DNA of 60,307 bases from Chiloscyllium plagiosum. Lineage: Eukaryota. The DNA lies in the NCBI RefSeq assembly GCF_004010195.1, contig NC_057720.1, positions 10,600,700-10,661,006 on the forward strand. Reading direction: 5' to 3'. Positions 48,009-59,939 of the stretch are shown in pieces (positions within the stretch are counted from its first letter, which is position 1; every line of letters begins with the position of its first letter). Both the position numbers and the translations under genes were made by a program. The notes below the pieces were generated by a model. The model saw nothing but the letters and a program-made list of their open reading frames with translations, had not been told where the DNA came from and did no database searches.

Positions 48009-50810
48009 TAGAACAATGAACAAAGAAAATTTACAGTCCAGGAACAGCCCCTTCAGCTCTTCAAGCCTGAGCCGATCCACATGTACTGTCTAAACCTGTC
48101 AGTCAATTCCTAAGCATATGTATCCCTCTGCTCCCCACCTACTCATGCATCTGTCCAGACACATCTTAAATGAATCTACCGTGCCTGCCTCTACCACCTC
48201 TGCTAGCAACGCATTCCAGACAACCACCACCCTCNNNNNNNNNNNNNNNNNNTGACCTCTCGTTATTGAATCCTTCACCCTGGGAAAAAGCTTGTCTCTA
48301 TCCACCCTGTCTACACCCTTCATAATTTTGTAAACCTCAATCAGGCCCCCCTTCAATCTCCTTTTTTCTAATGAAAATAAACCTAACCTACTCGATCTCT
48401 CTTCATAGCTAGCACCTTCCATACCAGGCAACATCCTCATAAACCTTCCTTCCACACTCTGCAAAGCATCCCCATCCTTTTGGTAATGTGGCGTCCAGAA
48501 CTGTACACAATATTCTAAATGCAGCCGAAACAATGTCTTGTACAATGTTAACATGACTTGCCAGCTCTTATACTCAATACCCCGTTCCTGTTGCTCAACC
48601 AGTTCTTTATCCACCTAGCTAGAACACCCTGCACACCATGTGATTTCACTTTCTTCATTGGTCTACCATGGTCTACCATTCCTGAAGAAGGGCTTATGCC
48701 CGAAACGTCGATTCTCCTGTTCCCTGGATGCTGCCTGACCTGCTGCGCTTTTCCAGCAACACATTTCCAGCTCTGATCTCCAGCATCTGCAGACCTCACT
48801 TTCTCCTACCATGGGGAACCTTATCAAACGGCTTACTAAAGTCCATGTATATGGCATCAACAGCCCTTCCTTCATACATCAACTTGGTCACTTCCTCAAA
48901 GAACTCTCTTAAGTTGGTAAGGCACAATCTCCCCCCGTACAAAACCATGTTGCCTATCACTGATAAGACCACTCATTTCTAAATATAACTAGATCCTATC
49001 CCTCAGTACCTTCTCCAGCAACTTTCCCAACACTGAACGTCAGGCTCACTGGTCTGTAGTTACCCGGAATATACATACTGCCCATCTTGTACAGGGGGCC
49101 AACATGAGCAACCCTCCAGTCCTCCAGCACCTCACCTGTATGTAAGGATGCCACAAAAATATCTGTCAGGGCCCCAGCTATTTCCTTTCTCTCCTCCCTC
49201 AGCAACCTGGGATAGATCCCATCGGTCCTGGGGATTTGTCACCTTAATAGCCTCTAGCCTACCCAACACATCTTCCCTACTTATGTCAACGTGATCTAGA
49301 CTTATCAAACTTCTATCTCTAATCTCAACATTCATCATGTTCCTCTCCTCAGTGAACATTAATGCAAAGTAATCATTCAGAATCTCAGGTTCGACACACA
49401 GCCTTCCTTCGTTATCCTTTAGTGGACAATCCTTTCTCTATTTACCCAATTGCTTCTTATATAAGAATAGAATGCTTTGGGATTCTCCTTAATTCTGCTC
49501 GCTAAAGCAATTTCATGACCCCTTTTAGCCCACTAGATTCCTTGTTTAAGACTTGTCCTACTCTTCCGATATTTCTCCAGGGCCCATTCTGTTCTTAGCT
49601 GCCTGGACCTTACGTACGCTTCCTTTTTCCTCTTGGCTAGGTGTACAATTTCTTCTGTCATCCACGGTTCATGAATCTTGCCCTTCCTATCCTTTGCCTT
49701 CAACGGGACATGCCTATCCTGCACTATCTTTAACCTATCTTTGAAAGCCTCCCACATCTCAAATGTGGACTTCCCTTCAAATAGCTGTGTCCAATCTACA
49801 TTTCTGAGCTCCTGCCTAATTCTGATATAATTGGCCTTGGCCCAGTTTAGTACTCTTCCAATAGAACCACTCTCTTCTTTATCTACGAGTATTCTAAAAC
49901 TTACAGAATTGTGGTCTTTGTTCCCAACAAAATCCCCCACTGCAACTTCTACCACCTGTCCTGGCTCATTCCCCAGTACCAGGTCCAATATGGCCCCTTC
50001 CCTTGTTGGACTATTGATATACTGCTCTGGAAAACTCTCCTGGACGCTTCTTACAAATTCTACCCCATCCAGCCCTCAGACAGTAAGTGTGTCCCAGTCA
50101 ATGTTGGGAAAATTAAAATCTCCCATCACCACTACCCTATTGCCTCTACATCTTTCCATAATCTTCTACCTCATGCTCACTGTTGGGAGGCCTGTAATAC
50201 AGCCCCATCAATGTAACTGCACCATTCTTATTTCTCAACTCCACCCATAATGCCTCACTACCCAAGGCCTCCATAGTGTGCTCCTTTAGCACAGACGTGA
50301 TATCAACCCTGACCAGCAATGCAATTCCACTCCACCCCCCTCCCCCCCACCACCCATTTACTTCTCTCCCTGCCCTGTCTGAAGCATCTATGTCCTGGAA
50401 CATTTAGTTGCCAATCATCATTCCCTTCCATAAACCAAGTCTCTGTGATTGCAATAATGTCATACTCCCAGGCACCAATCCAAGCCCTAAGTTCATCTGC
50501 CTCACACAATGTACTCCTTGCATTAAAGTAGATGCATTTCAGGCCACCAGTTTTTTTGCGCTTATCTGCTCTCTGCCTACTCTTGCCTTTATTAATGCTA
50601 TCTTCATAATTCTTACAGTCTGCAGTCTCCACCTCACTGCCTACTTGGTTTCTCTTCTGGTTCCCAGTCCCCTGCCACATTAGATTAAAACCTCCCCAAC
50701 AGCAGTAGCAAAAACTGCCCCAAAGGCATTGGTTCCAGTCTGGTTCAGATGTAGACCGTCCCTTGTTGTAATAGTCCCACCTTCCTCAGAACCGGTCCCA
50801 ATGTGTCAAT
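48009..50810 (-). mobile_element. CR1 LINE, ORF1 end plus most of ORF2 (EN + RT), disrupted; 18-N gap at 48235-48252
   Basis: LKCIYFNARS, YDIIAITETW, GLYYRPPN, DLVLGNEPGQV, GNYRPVSLT, LFRLHLEYCVQFW. Confidence 0.93.
48677..48807 (+). mobile_element. Stand-alone 131-nt PLE hammerhead module inserted in CR1; identical to 265-395
   Basis: CATTCCTGAAGAAGGGCTTATGCCCGAAACGTC...CTCACTTTCTCCT; target CTACCAT(GG) duplicated on both sides; intact hammerhead core at 48682-48709. Confidence 0.9.
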
Positions 50811-51095
50811 AATGGTGTAATAGCCTAGGCTAAATGGCTTACTCCTGTTCCTATATTTCTATGTTCCCATGTTAAGTAGCTAGGCAGAATTTCATCATCT
50901 TTGTTGACTGCTACACAAGTCTGATCTCGCTCAAGATGGTGTAACTTTTACAAACTGGCGGACAACTTGTGTCTGAACTGTTTTGACATATCAAATTGCA
51001 ATAACAGTAAGTTATCCTATGGGTATTGTGAGTTATTTAGAAAACACAGGAGACATTTTTCATTGAGCAGAATACTACAATCAGTGTTGTCCTAT

Positions 51096-51193
51096 CTTGT
51101 TACTTCACTAGTTCCATTATGTAAATAGAAGGGCATTATATTCATCAAAAACTCCCCACTGAAGACGAGCCCATTCATGAACAAATACTCCAT
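51096..51193 (-). pseudogene. CLCA: CLCA-family pseudogene exon (metalloprotease HExxH exon, equivalent to human CLCA1 exon 4)
   Basis: Acceptor ctcttactacag, then (D)GVFVHEWARLQWGVFDEYN-[frameshift]-PFYLHNGTSEVTR, matching CLCA1 GRAFVHEWAHLRWGVFDEYNNDEKFYLSNGRIQAVR. One nt stands where 9 are expected (8-nt deletion), His->Arg in HExxH, and the donor reads AG|at instead of AG|gt. Confidence 0.93.
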
Positions 51194-51829
51194 CTGTAGT
51201 AAGAGGAGTACTTTTAATTAAAATAATAAAACCAATGCATATAGTTTCTGCAAGAAATAAGTGACATTGTGTTTCTGAAATTTCAACATTGGCATTATCC
51301 ACTCGCGGGTACAAGATACACCCCATGGCATGAAGTTACTTTGTACTTCACAAGAGGTATCAGTATTATGTTCCCCCATGTTAGTGGTGTGATGCTTCAG
51401 AGTATGGAGTAGAATTTGTGTCTCAAAGGGTTTAGCTGAAAAGTTCAGTGTTCCATTGACTTGAAGGGAGAACAGCTCTTTAAAAAGGATATTGCTCTGC
51501 TTGTGGCATTGCTTAAATTTTTTCATCAAGGTTTACTGCAGCAAATTTTGTTTTAACCAGCATGTTATGAACTGGCATTCTTGATAAACTGGCAAAAATT
51601 ATATATCTGAAATATTAGCAGTTTACTGTATTACTACAATCTGTGTGATGTCCAAATAGTCAGTTGATGGTATGAGTGAGAAACGCTCTCTGTCGGTAAA
51701 TTTTATTGAAGACAAAGTGGCATCATTGTAAAGTTGGTTTATGCTGTAAATGAAGAATGACAGCGATGTGTATATCCCCTGTACTACTTAGTGTGTGTTT
51801 TTACATTGGTCACCTCTTGGTCAACTGCA

Positions 51830-53110
51830 TGCTGCCATGCAGTACCAGGAATCTGGGTTCAATTTTAGCCTCAGGCAACTGTCTGTGTGGAGTTTGCACA
51901 AGCTCCCCATGTCTGTGTGAGTTTCTTCTGGGTGCTCCAGCTTCCTCCCACAGTTCGAAGATGTGCAGATTCGGTGGCTTGGCCATGCTAAATTGCCCAT
52001 AGTGTCCAGGGATTTGTTGGTTAGGTGGATTACTAGTGGTGTTCCACAAGGATCTGTTTTGGGACCACTGCTGTTTGTCATTTTTATAAATGATTTAGAC
52101 GCAGGCATAGGTGAAGTAGTGGACAGTATGGAAGACTGTTACAGGTTACAGGGGGACTTGGATAAACTTAAGAATTGGACTGAGAGGTGGCAAATGGAGT
52201 TCAATGCAGCTAAATGTGAGGCGATGCACTTTGGGAAGAATAACAGGAAGGCGGGGTACTGGGTCAATGGAAAGATTCTTGGTAGTGTGGATGTGCAGAG
52301 GATCTTGGAGTCCATGTACATAGATCCCTGGAAGTTGCCACCCAGGTGGATAGTGCTGTTAAGAAGGCATACGGTGTGTTAGGTTTCATTCGTAGAGGGA
52401 TTGAGTTCCGGAGCTGCAATATCATGCTACAAAATGCTGATGCGGCCACACTTGGAATATTGTACAGTTCTGGTCCCCATATTTTGGGAAGGATGTGGAA
52501 GCATTGGAAAAAGTGCAGAGGAGATTTACCAGGAGATTGCCTGGTCTGAAGGGAAGGTCTTATGAGGAAAGGCTGAGAGATTTGGGCTGTTCTCATTGGC
52601 AAGAAGAAGGCTAAGAGGGGATTTGATAGAGACATACAAGATGATCAGAGGATTAGACAGTGAAAGTCTTTTTTCCTAGGATGATGACGTCAGCTTGTAC
52701 GAGGGGGCATAACTACAAATTGAAGGGTGATAGATTTAAGACAAATATCAGAGGCAGGTTCTTTATGCAGAGAGTGGCAAGGGCGTGGAATGTCCTACCT
52801 GCTAATGTATTCAACTCAGCCATATTAGGGAGATTTAAACAATGTTAGATAACCACATGGATGATTTTGGGATAGTGTAGGGGGACGAGCTGAGAATAGT
52901 TCACAGGTTGGCACAACATCGAGGGCTGAAGGGCCTGTTCTGCGCTGTATTGTTCTATGTTCTATGTGCCTTGTTCTATTAGCCATGGGAAATGCAGGGT
53001 TACAGGGATAAAGTAGGAGAGTGAGTCTGGGTGGATGCTCTTCTGAGAGTCAGTGTGGACTTGTTGAGCTGAATGGCCTGTTTTCACACTAGAGGGATTC
53101 TATGATTCTA
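51830..53110 (+). mobile_element. HE1 SINE (51830-52030 + ~52978-53110) split by a CR1 RT-to-3' fragment (~52030-52968)
   Basis: SINE V-domain; CR1 TSGVPQGSVLGPLLFVIFINDLD, WQMEFNAAKCEAMHFG; tail TGTTCTATGTTCTATG. Confidence 0.88.
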
Positions 53111-53206
53111 TTAAGGATGGCAGGGTAGTTGATGTGTCAAGGCTTCAGTAGGTAGGAGCTCCTGAAAATGATTGAGATCAATTGTAAACAAGTTGGTATT
53201 AATTAA

Positions 53207-56200
53207 GCATAGAACATAGAATATTACAGCACATCACAGGCCCTTCATTCCTCAATGTTGAGCCAACCTGTGAAATTAATCTGATGCCCATCTAACCTAT
53301 ACCATTCCATTATTATCCATATGTATGTCCAATGCCAATTTAAATACCCTTAATGTTGGCAAGTCTATTACTGTTGAAAGCAGGCCATTCCACGCCCCTA
53401 CTACTCTCTGAGTAAAGATATATACCCCTGATATCTGTTCTAAATCTGTCACCTCAATTTAAAGCTATGTCCCCTTGTGTTAGCCTTCACCATCCGAGGA
53501 AAAAGGCTCTCACTGTCCACCCTATCTAACCTGCTGATTATCTTATACATCTCTATTAAGTCACTTCTCAATCTTCTTCTTTCTAATGAAATAGTTCTCA
53601 GTTCCCTCAGCCTTTCCTCATGAGACCTTCCCTCCATACCTGGCAACATCCTAGTAAATCTCCTCTGAACCCTTTCCAAAGATTCCACATCCTTCCCATA
53701 ATGCAGTGACCAGGACTGCATGCAATAATTCAGGTGCGGCCTTAGCAGTGACTTGTACAGCTGAAGCATGACCTCGTGGCTCTGAAACTCAATCCCCCTA
53801 CTAATAGACACCAGATGGCTTCTGAACATCCCTATCAAACTGGGTGGCAACATTCAGGGACTTATACACCTGGACACTGAGATCTCTCTGTTCATCTATG
53901 CTGCCAAGAGGTTTACCATTAGCCCAGTACTCTCCATTCCTGTTACTTCTTCCAAAGTGAGCTACCTCACACATTTCTGCATTAAACTCCATTTGCCACT
54001 TCTCAGCCCAGCTCTGCAACTTGTTTGTGTCCTTCTGTAACCCACAACATCCTTCGGCACTATCCACAACTCTGCCTACATTCGTGTCATCTGCAAATTT
54101 ACTAAACTAACCTTCTATGCCCACCTCCAGATCATTTATACAAATGACAACCATCAGTGGACCCCAAACAGATCTTTGTGGCACACCACTGGTAACTGAG
54201 CTCCAGGATGAACATTTCCCATCAACCACCACCCTCTGTCTTCTTTCAGCTTGCCAACTTCTGATCCAAACCGCTAAATCACCTTGAATCCTGAAACTCC
54301 TTATTTTGTGCAATGGCCTATTGTCTGGAACCTTTTCAAATGCCTACTGAAGTCCATATACACCACATCAACCACTTTACCTTCATCCACCTGTTTTGTC
54401 ACCTTCTCGAAGAACTCAATAAGGTTAATGAGACACGATCTACCCTTCTCAAAATCGTGTTGATTATCCCTAATCAAATTATTCCTTTCCAGATGATTAT
54501 AAATCCTATCTCTTATAACCTTTTCCAACACTTTACCCACAACTGAAGTAAGATTTATTGGCCTATAATTACCAGGGTTGCACCGACTCCCTTCTTAAAC
54601 AAGGAAACAACATTTGCTATCCTTCAGTCTTCTGGCACTACTCCTGTTGACAATGATAACATAAAGATTGAAGCCAAAGGCTCTGCAATCTCTCCCTGGC
54701 TTCCTAGAGACTCTGAGGATAAATCCCATCCAACCCAGGGGTCTTATCTGTTCTCAGATCTTCCAAAAATTGCTAAAACCTCCTCTTTGTCAAACTCAAT
54801 CCTATCTAATCTTGTAGCACGTATCTCCGTATTCTCACGAACGTTGCCCTTTTCCAATATGAATACTGAGAAAAAGTATTCATTAAGCACTTCCCCTATG
54901 TCCTCAGGTTCCATGCACAGCTTTCCACAACTAGCTTTGATTGGCCCTAATCTTACTCTAGTCATTCTTTTATTCCTGATATACTTATAGAAGGCCTCAG
55001 GGTTTTTCTTGATCCTGTCCACCAACAACTTCTTATGTCCCCTCCTGGATCTTCTTCGCAATCTCTTTAGACCTTTTCTGGTTAACTTATAACTCTCAAG
55101 CCCCCTAACTGAGCCTTCATGCCTCATCCTCACATAAGCCTTCTTCTTCCTTTGGTCAAGCGCTTCAACTTTTTTTTAGTAAATCATAGCTCCCTCTCTT
55201 GACACCTACCTCCCTGCCTGACAGGTGTAGACTTATTGAGAACCCGCAGTAGCTGTTACTTGAATAAGGTCCACATTTCAAGTGTGTTCATCCCCTGCAG
55301 TTTCCTTCCCTATCCAATGCATCCTAAATCTTGCCTAATCACATCAGAATTGCCTTTCCCCTAGTTATACCTCTTTACCTGCGATATATACATATCCCTG
55401 CCCATTGCTATTGTAAACATAGCTGAATTATGGTTACTATCACCAAAGTGCTCACCTACTTCCAAATCTAATACCTGGATGTGTTCATTCCCCAGTACCA
55501 AATCCAATATGGCATCTTCCCTTGTTGCTCTGTCTACATACTGTGTCAGAAAACCTTCCTGCACACATTGAACAAAAACTGACCCATCTAAACGACTTGA
55601 ACTATTGTATTCCCAGTCAATATTGGGGAAGTAAAAGTCCCCCACAACAACTATCCTGTTACTCTCACTCCTATCAAGAATCGTCTTTGTTATCCTTTCC
55701 TCTACATCCCTGGAACAATCTGGAGGCCTATAGAAAACTCCCAGGGGTTTCTAACATCAGCCCAAACTACCTCAGTGGATGAGTCCTCAAACATTGTCTC
55801 AGCTGTTGTAATACAACCCTTGATTAACAATGCCACACCTCCGCCACTTTTACCATCATCTCTGTCCTTGCTGAAAAATCTAAATCCTAGAATCTGCAAC
55901 AACCTCCTCTCGCCATACCTCTGAAATGGCCGCAACATCGAAATCCCAGGTACCAACCCGTGCTGCAAGTTCACCCACCTTTTTCCAGATACTCCTGACA
56001 TTGAAGTACGTACATTTCAAACCAACACCCTGGTTGCCAGTGCCCTTTCGCAACCTTATAAACCTCTCCCTCGCTTCACTACCCTCAACCTCCTATACAC
56101 TGGAACTATAATTCAGGTTCCCATCCCCCTGCTGCATTAGTTTAAACCCCCACGAAGGGCATTAACAAATTCCTCCCCCCCCCCCCAGGATATTGGTACC

Positions 56201-57110
56201 CCTCTGGTTCAGGTGAAGACCCTCCTGTTTGTAGAGGTCCCACCTTTCCCAGAAACAGCTCCAATTATCCAAGAATCAAAAACCTTCCCTCCTTCACCAT
56301 CCCTGTAGCCACGTGTTCAGCTCCACTCTCGCCCTGTTCCTCGCTTCATGAGCATGTGGCATGAGCAACAAACCAAAGACGACAACTCTGTTTGTTCTAA
56401 CTCTAAGCTTCCACCCTAGGTCCCCGAATATCTGCCTTAGACCCCCATCCCTACTCCTACCTATGTCATTGGTGCCTATGTGGACCATGACTTGGGGCTG
56501 CTCCTCCTCCCCCTCAAGGATCCCGAAACACGATCAGAGATATCATGAACCCTGGCATCTGGGAGGCAACACATCAATTGTGACACTCTCTCATTCCCAC
56601 AGAACCTCCTATCTGTTGCCCTAACTGTGGAGTCCCCAGCGAGTAAAGCTCTGCTCCTCTTCCCCCTTCCCCTTTGAGCAACAGGGACAGACTCTGTGCC
56701 AGAGACCTGTGCCCCATTGCTTACCCCTGGTAAGTCATCCCCCCCAACAGTATCCAAAATTGTATACTTGTTGTTGAAGGGAACCACCTCAAGAGATCCC
56801 TGACTGCCTGACGGTAACCCATCTACCTTCTTCACGTGGCTGTGGAGTAACTACCTCCCTGTAACTCCTCTCAGTAACCCCCTCCACTTCCCAAATGATC
56901 CAAAGTTCAACCAGCTCCAGCTCCAGTTCCCTAACACGGTTCTCGAGAAGCTGGAATTGGGTGCACTTCCCACAAATGAAGTCAGCAGGGACACTAGAGA
57001 TGACCCTTGCCTCCCATGTACTGCAGGAGGAACATTCAACTGCCCTAACCTCCGATTCCCACTATTCTAAATACCCAAATAGACCACTGAAAAAAATGAA
57101 ACACAAAAGA
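53207..57110 (-). mobile_element. Near full-length CR1 LINE: ORF1 (zinc-finger/coiled coil + SGNH esterase) and ORF2 (EN + RT), multiply disrupted
   Basis: ORF1 LLAGDSTVRATDRRFCG..CCLPDARVHD, VHIGTNDIG. ORF2 GDFYFPNIDW, GRSCLINLIEFFE, VYMDFS, SGVPQRSVWGP. Confidence 0.93.
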
Positions 57111-57559
57111 AAACACTTGTCACCTTACCAACCGATGCACAGAACTTTTGTTTTGGTTAGAGGAGGAGGATGGGTGGGAGACACTACCCGAATAGTGTTT
57201 CGGATAAAGCAATTGTTTGAAGGTTAAACAGTGTTAGCTTAGTGTTTGTGCTACAGACAGTACAATACATCAGAGAGGAGGAAAGTGACCTGGATTATTT
57301 GTACCAGGAAGCTGTCACATCACCTAGGAAAGGATCTTCTGATTTGGTCAGTAATCAGGAACAAGAGGGCAGCAGTGCAGACATGTCATCCTCTGCTAAT
57401 GTGTGACAGATTGATGTCGTCCCAAACTGCTTGGATGGGAGAAGGGCTTACTTTCAAAACATATAGAAATGCTTTCAAACTGTGGTGTTAAAACAGCTCT
57501 TTCTTATTTTGGTCGACAGATTAAAAAAAAATAAAAAGACCGAAACTGTTCAGAGTTGG

Positions 57560-58275
57560 TCAATATCTTATTGACGAGATGGTGTATTTTTCTTTGTTAG
57601 TCATCTTCCAGGAATCCTTAGATTCTGGAAAGGTCCTGGAGCATTGGAAAACTGTCCTTATTTAAAAAGGAAAAGAGACAAATATCATATAATCATAGGC
57701 CAGTTAGCTTAATGACTGTTATTGGAAAAATGTTAGAGTTTATTATAAAGGATGACATTGTGGAGCATTTAGAACTGCATAATCGAATCAAGCACAGTCA
57801 ACAGGAAGGAGAAATCACCAAGTTAGTTGAATCCTTTGAGGAGTTAACAGGAAGAATACATAATGAATGTAGCATATGTATACCATCAGAATGGATTTGA
57901 CAATTTACCAAATATAGTAGAGCCCATGGTTTTTAAGATGCTATATTGGCATGGATAGAGGATTGGCTAGAAGACATAGAGCTGGCACAATGGATACATT
58001 TTTAGGTCAGCAACCCGTAACTAATGGAGTGCTACAAAAGTGAATGCTGGTGTCATAATCATTCACAAAATATATTGATGATTTGGATGAGGGAAGTGAA
58101 AGTATGACAGCCAAGTTTGTGAATGACACAAAAATAGGTGGGACTACAAGTGGTGGAGATGACAGAGTCTACAGAGTGATTCAGGAAGATTAAGTGAATG
58201 GGAAAAAAAGCTTAGTGGGTAGGATATAATGTGGGGAAACGTGAGGTTATGCACTTTGGCAGGAAGAATAGTAGA
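57560..58275 (+). mobile_element. Old CR1 RT remnant
   Basis: HRPVSLMTVIGKMLEFIIKD, AWIEDWL, KREVMHFGRKN. Confidence 0.75.
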
Positions 58276-58278
58276 ATT

Positions 58279-59324
58279 ATAGAGTCATAGAGTCATAGAG
58301 ATGTACAGCATGGAATCAGACCCTTCGGTCCAACCTGTCCATGCCGACCAGATATCCCAACACAATCTAGTCCCACCTGCCAGCACTCGGACCATATCCC
58401 TCCAAACCATTCCTATTCATATACCCATCCAAATGCCTCTTAAAAGTTGCAATTGTACCAGCCTCCACCACTTCCTCTGGCAGCTCATTCCATACATGTA
58501 CCACCCTCTGCGTGAAAAAGTTGCCCCTTAGGTCTCTTTTATATTTTTCCCCTCTCAACTAAACCTATGCCTTCTAGTTCTGGACTCCCCCACCCCAGTG
58601 AAAAGACTTTGCTTATTTATCCTATCCATGCACCACATAATTTTGTAAACCTCTATACGGTCACCCCTCAGCCTCCAATGCTTCAGAGAAAACAGCCCCA
58701 GCCTGTTCAGCCTCTCCCTGTAGCTCAGATCCTCCAACCCTGGCAGCATCCTTGTAAATCTTTTCTGAACCCTTTCAAGTTTCACAACATCTTTCCGATA
58801 GGAAGGAGACCAGAATTGCACACAATAGTCCAACAGTGGCCTGACCAATGTCCTGTACAGCCGCAACATGACCTCTCAACTCCTGTACTCAATACTCTGA
58901 ACGATAAAGGAAAGCATACCAAATGCCTTCTTCACTATCCTATCTACCTGCGACTCCACTTTCAAGGAACTATGAACCTGCACTCCAAGGTCTCTTTTTT
59001 CAGCAACACTCCCTAGGACCTTACCATTAAGTGTATAAGTCCTGCTAAGATTTGCTTTCCCAAAATGCAGCACCTCGCATTTATCTGAATTAAACTCCAT
59101 CTGCCACTTCTCAGCCCATTGGCCCATCTGGTCCAGATCCTGTTGTAGCTTTGAGCCAGTTCTGTATCCAAATGGCTAGTTCTCCCTGTATTCCATGAGA
59201 TCTAACCTTGTTAATCAGTCTCCCATGGGGAAACTTGTCGAACGCCTTACTGAAGTCCATATACATCACATCTACTGCTCTGCCCTCATCAATCTTCTTT
59301 GTTACTTCATCAAAAAACTCAATC
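58279..59324 (-). mobile_element. CR1 (HER1-like) 3' part with (CATAGAGT)n tail
   Basis: YMDFSKAFDKFPHGRL, WAEKWQMEFNSDKCEVLHFGK, FFTQRVVHVWNELP. Confidence 0.93.
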
Positions 59325-59830
59325 ATGTCCAATGCCAATTTAAATACCCTTAATGTTGGCAAGTCTACTACTGTTGAAAGCAGGCCGTTCCACGCCCCTA
59401 CTACTCTCTGAGTAAAGATATATACCCCTGATATCTGTCCTAAATCTATCACCCCTCAATTTAAAGCTATGTCCCCTTGTGTTAGCCTTCACCATCCGAG
59501 GAAAAAAGCTCTCACTGTCCACCCTATCTAACCTGCTGATTATCTCATACATCTCTATTAAGTCACTTCTCAATCTTCTTCTTTCTAATGAAATAGTTCT
59601 CAGTTCCCTCAGCCTTTCCTCATGAGACCTTCCCTCCATACCTAGCAACATCCTAGTAAATCTCCTCTGAACCCTTTCCAAAGCTTCCACATCCTTCCCA
59701 TAATGCAGTGACCAGGTCTGCATGCAATAATTCAGGTGCGGCCTTAGCAGTGACTTGTACAGATGAAGCATGACCTCGTGGCTCTGAAACTCAATCCCCC
59801 TACTAATAGACGCCAACACACCAGATGGCT
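59325..59830 (-). repeat. Near-identical direct copy of CR1 segment 53325-53820
   Basis: Colinear match from ATGTCCAATGCCAATT to CCAGATGGCT with roughly ten substitutions and small indels. Confidence 0.9.
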
Positions 59831-59939
59831 GGGGTTAACCCACAGTGGTTCAAGAAGGCAACTCACCATCACCATCTTCTCAAAGGCAACTGGGAAGGGG
59901 CAGTAAATGCTAGCCCAGCCAACAACGCTAACATCCGTG

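Noticed and set aside
51218..51529. 103-aa ORF upstream of CLCA exon 4 as possible exon 3
   Set aside because: No PYTxQxxxCGExGxxIH motif in any frame.
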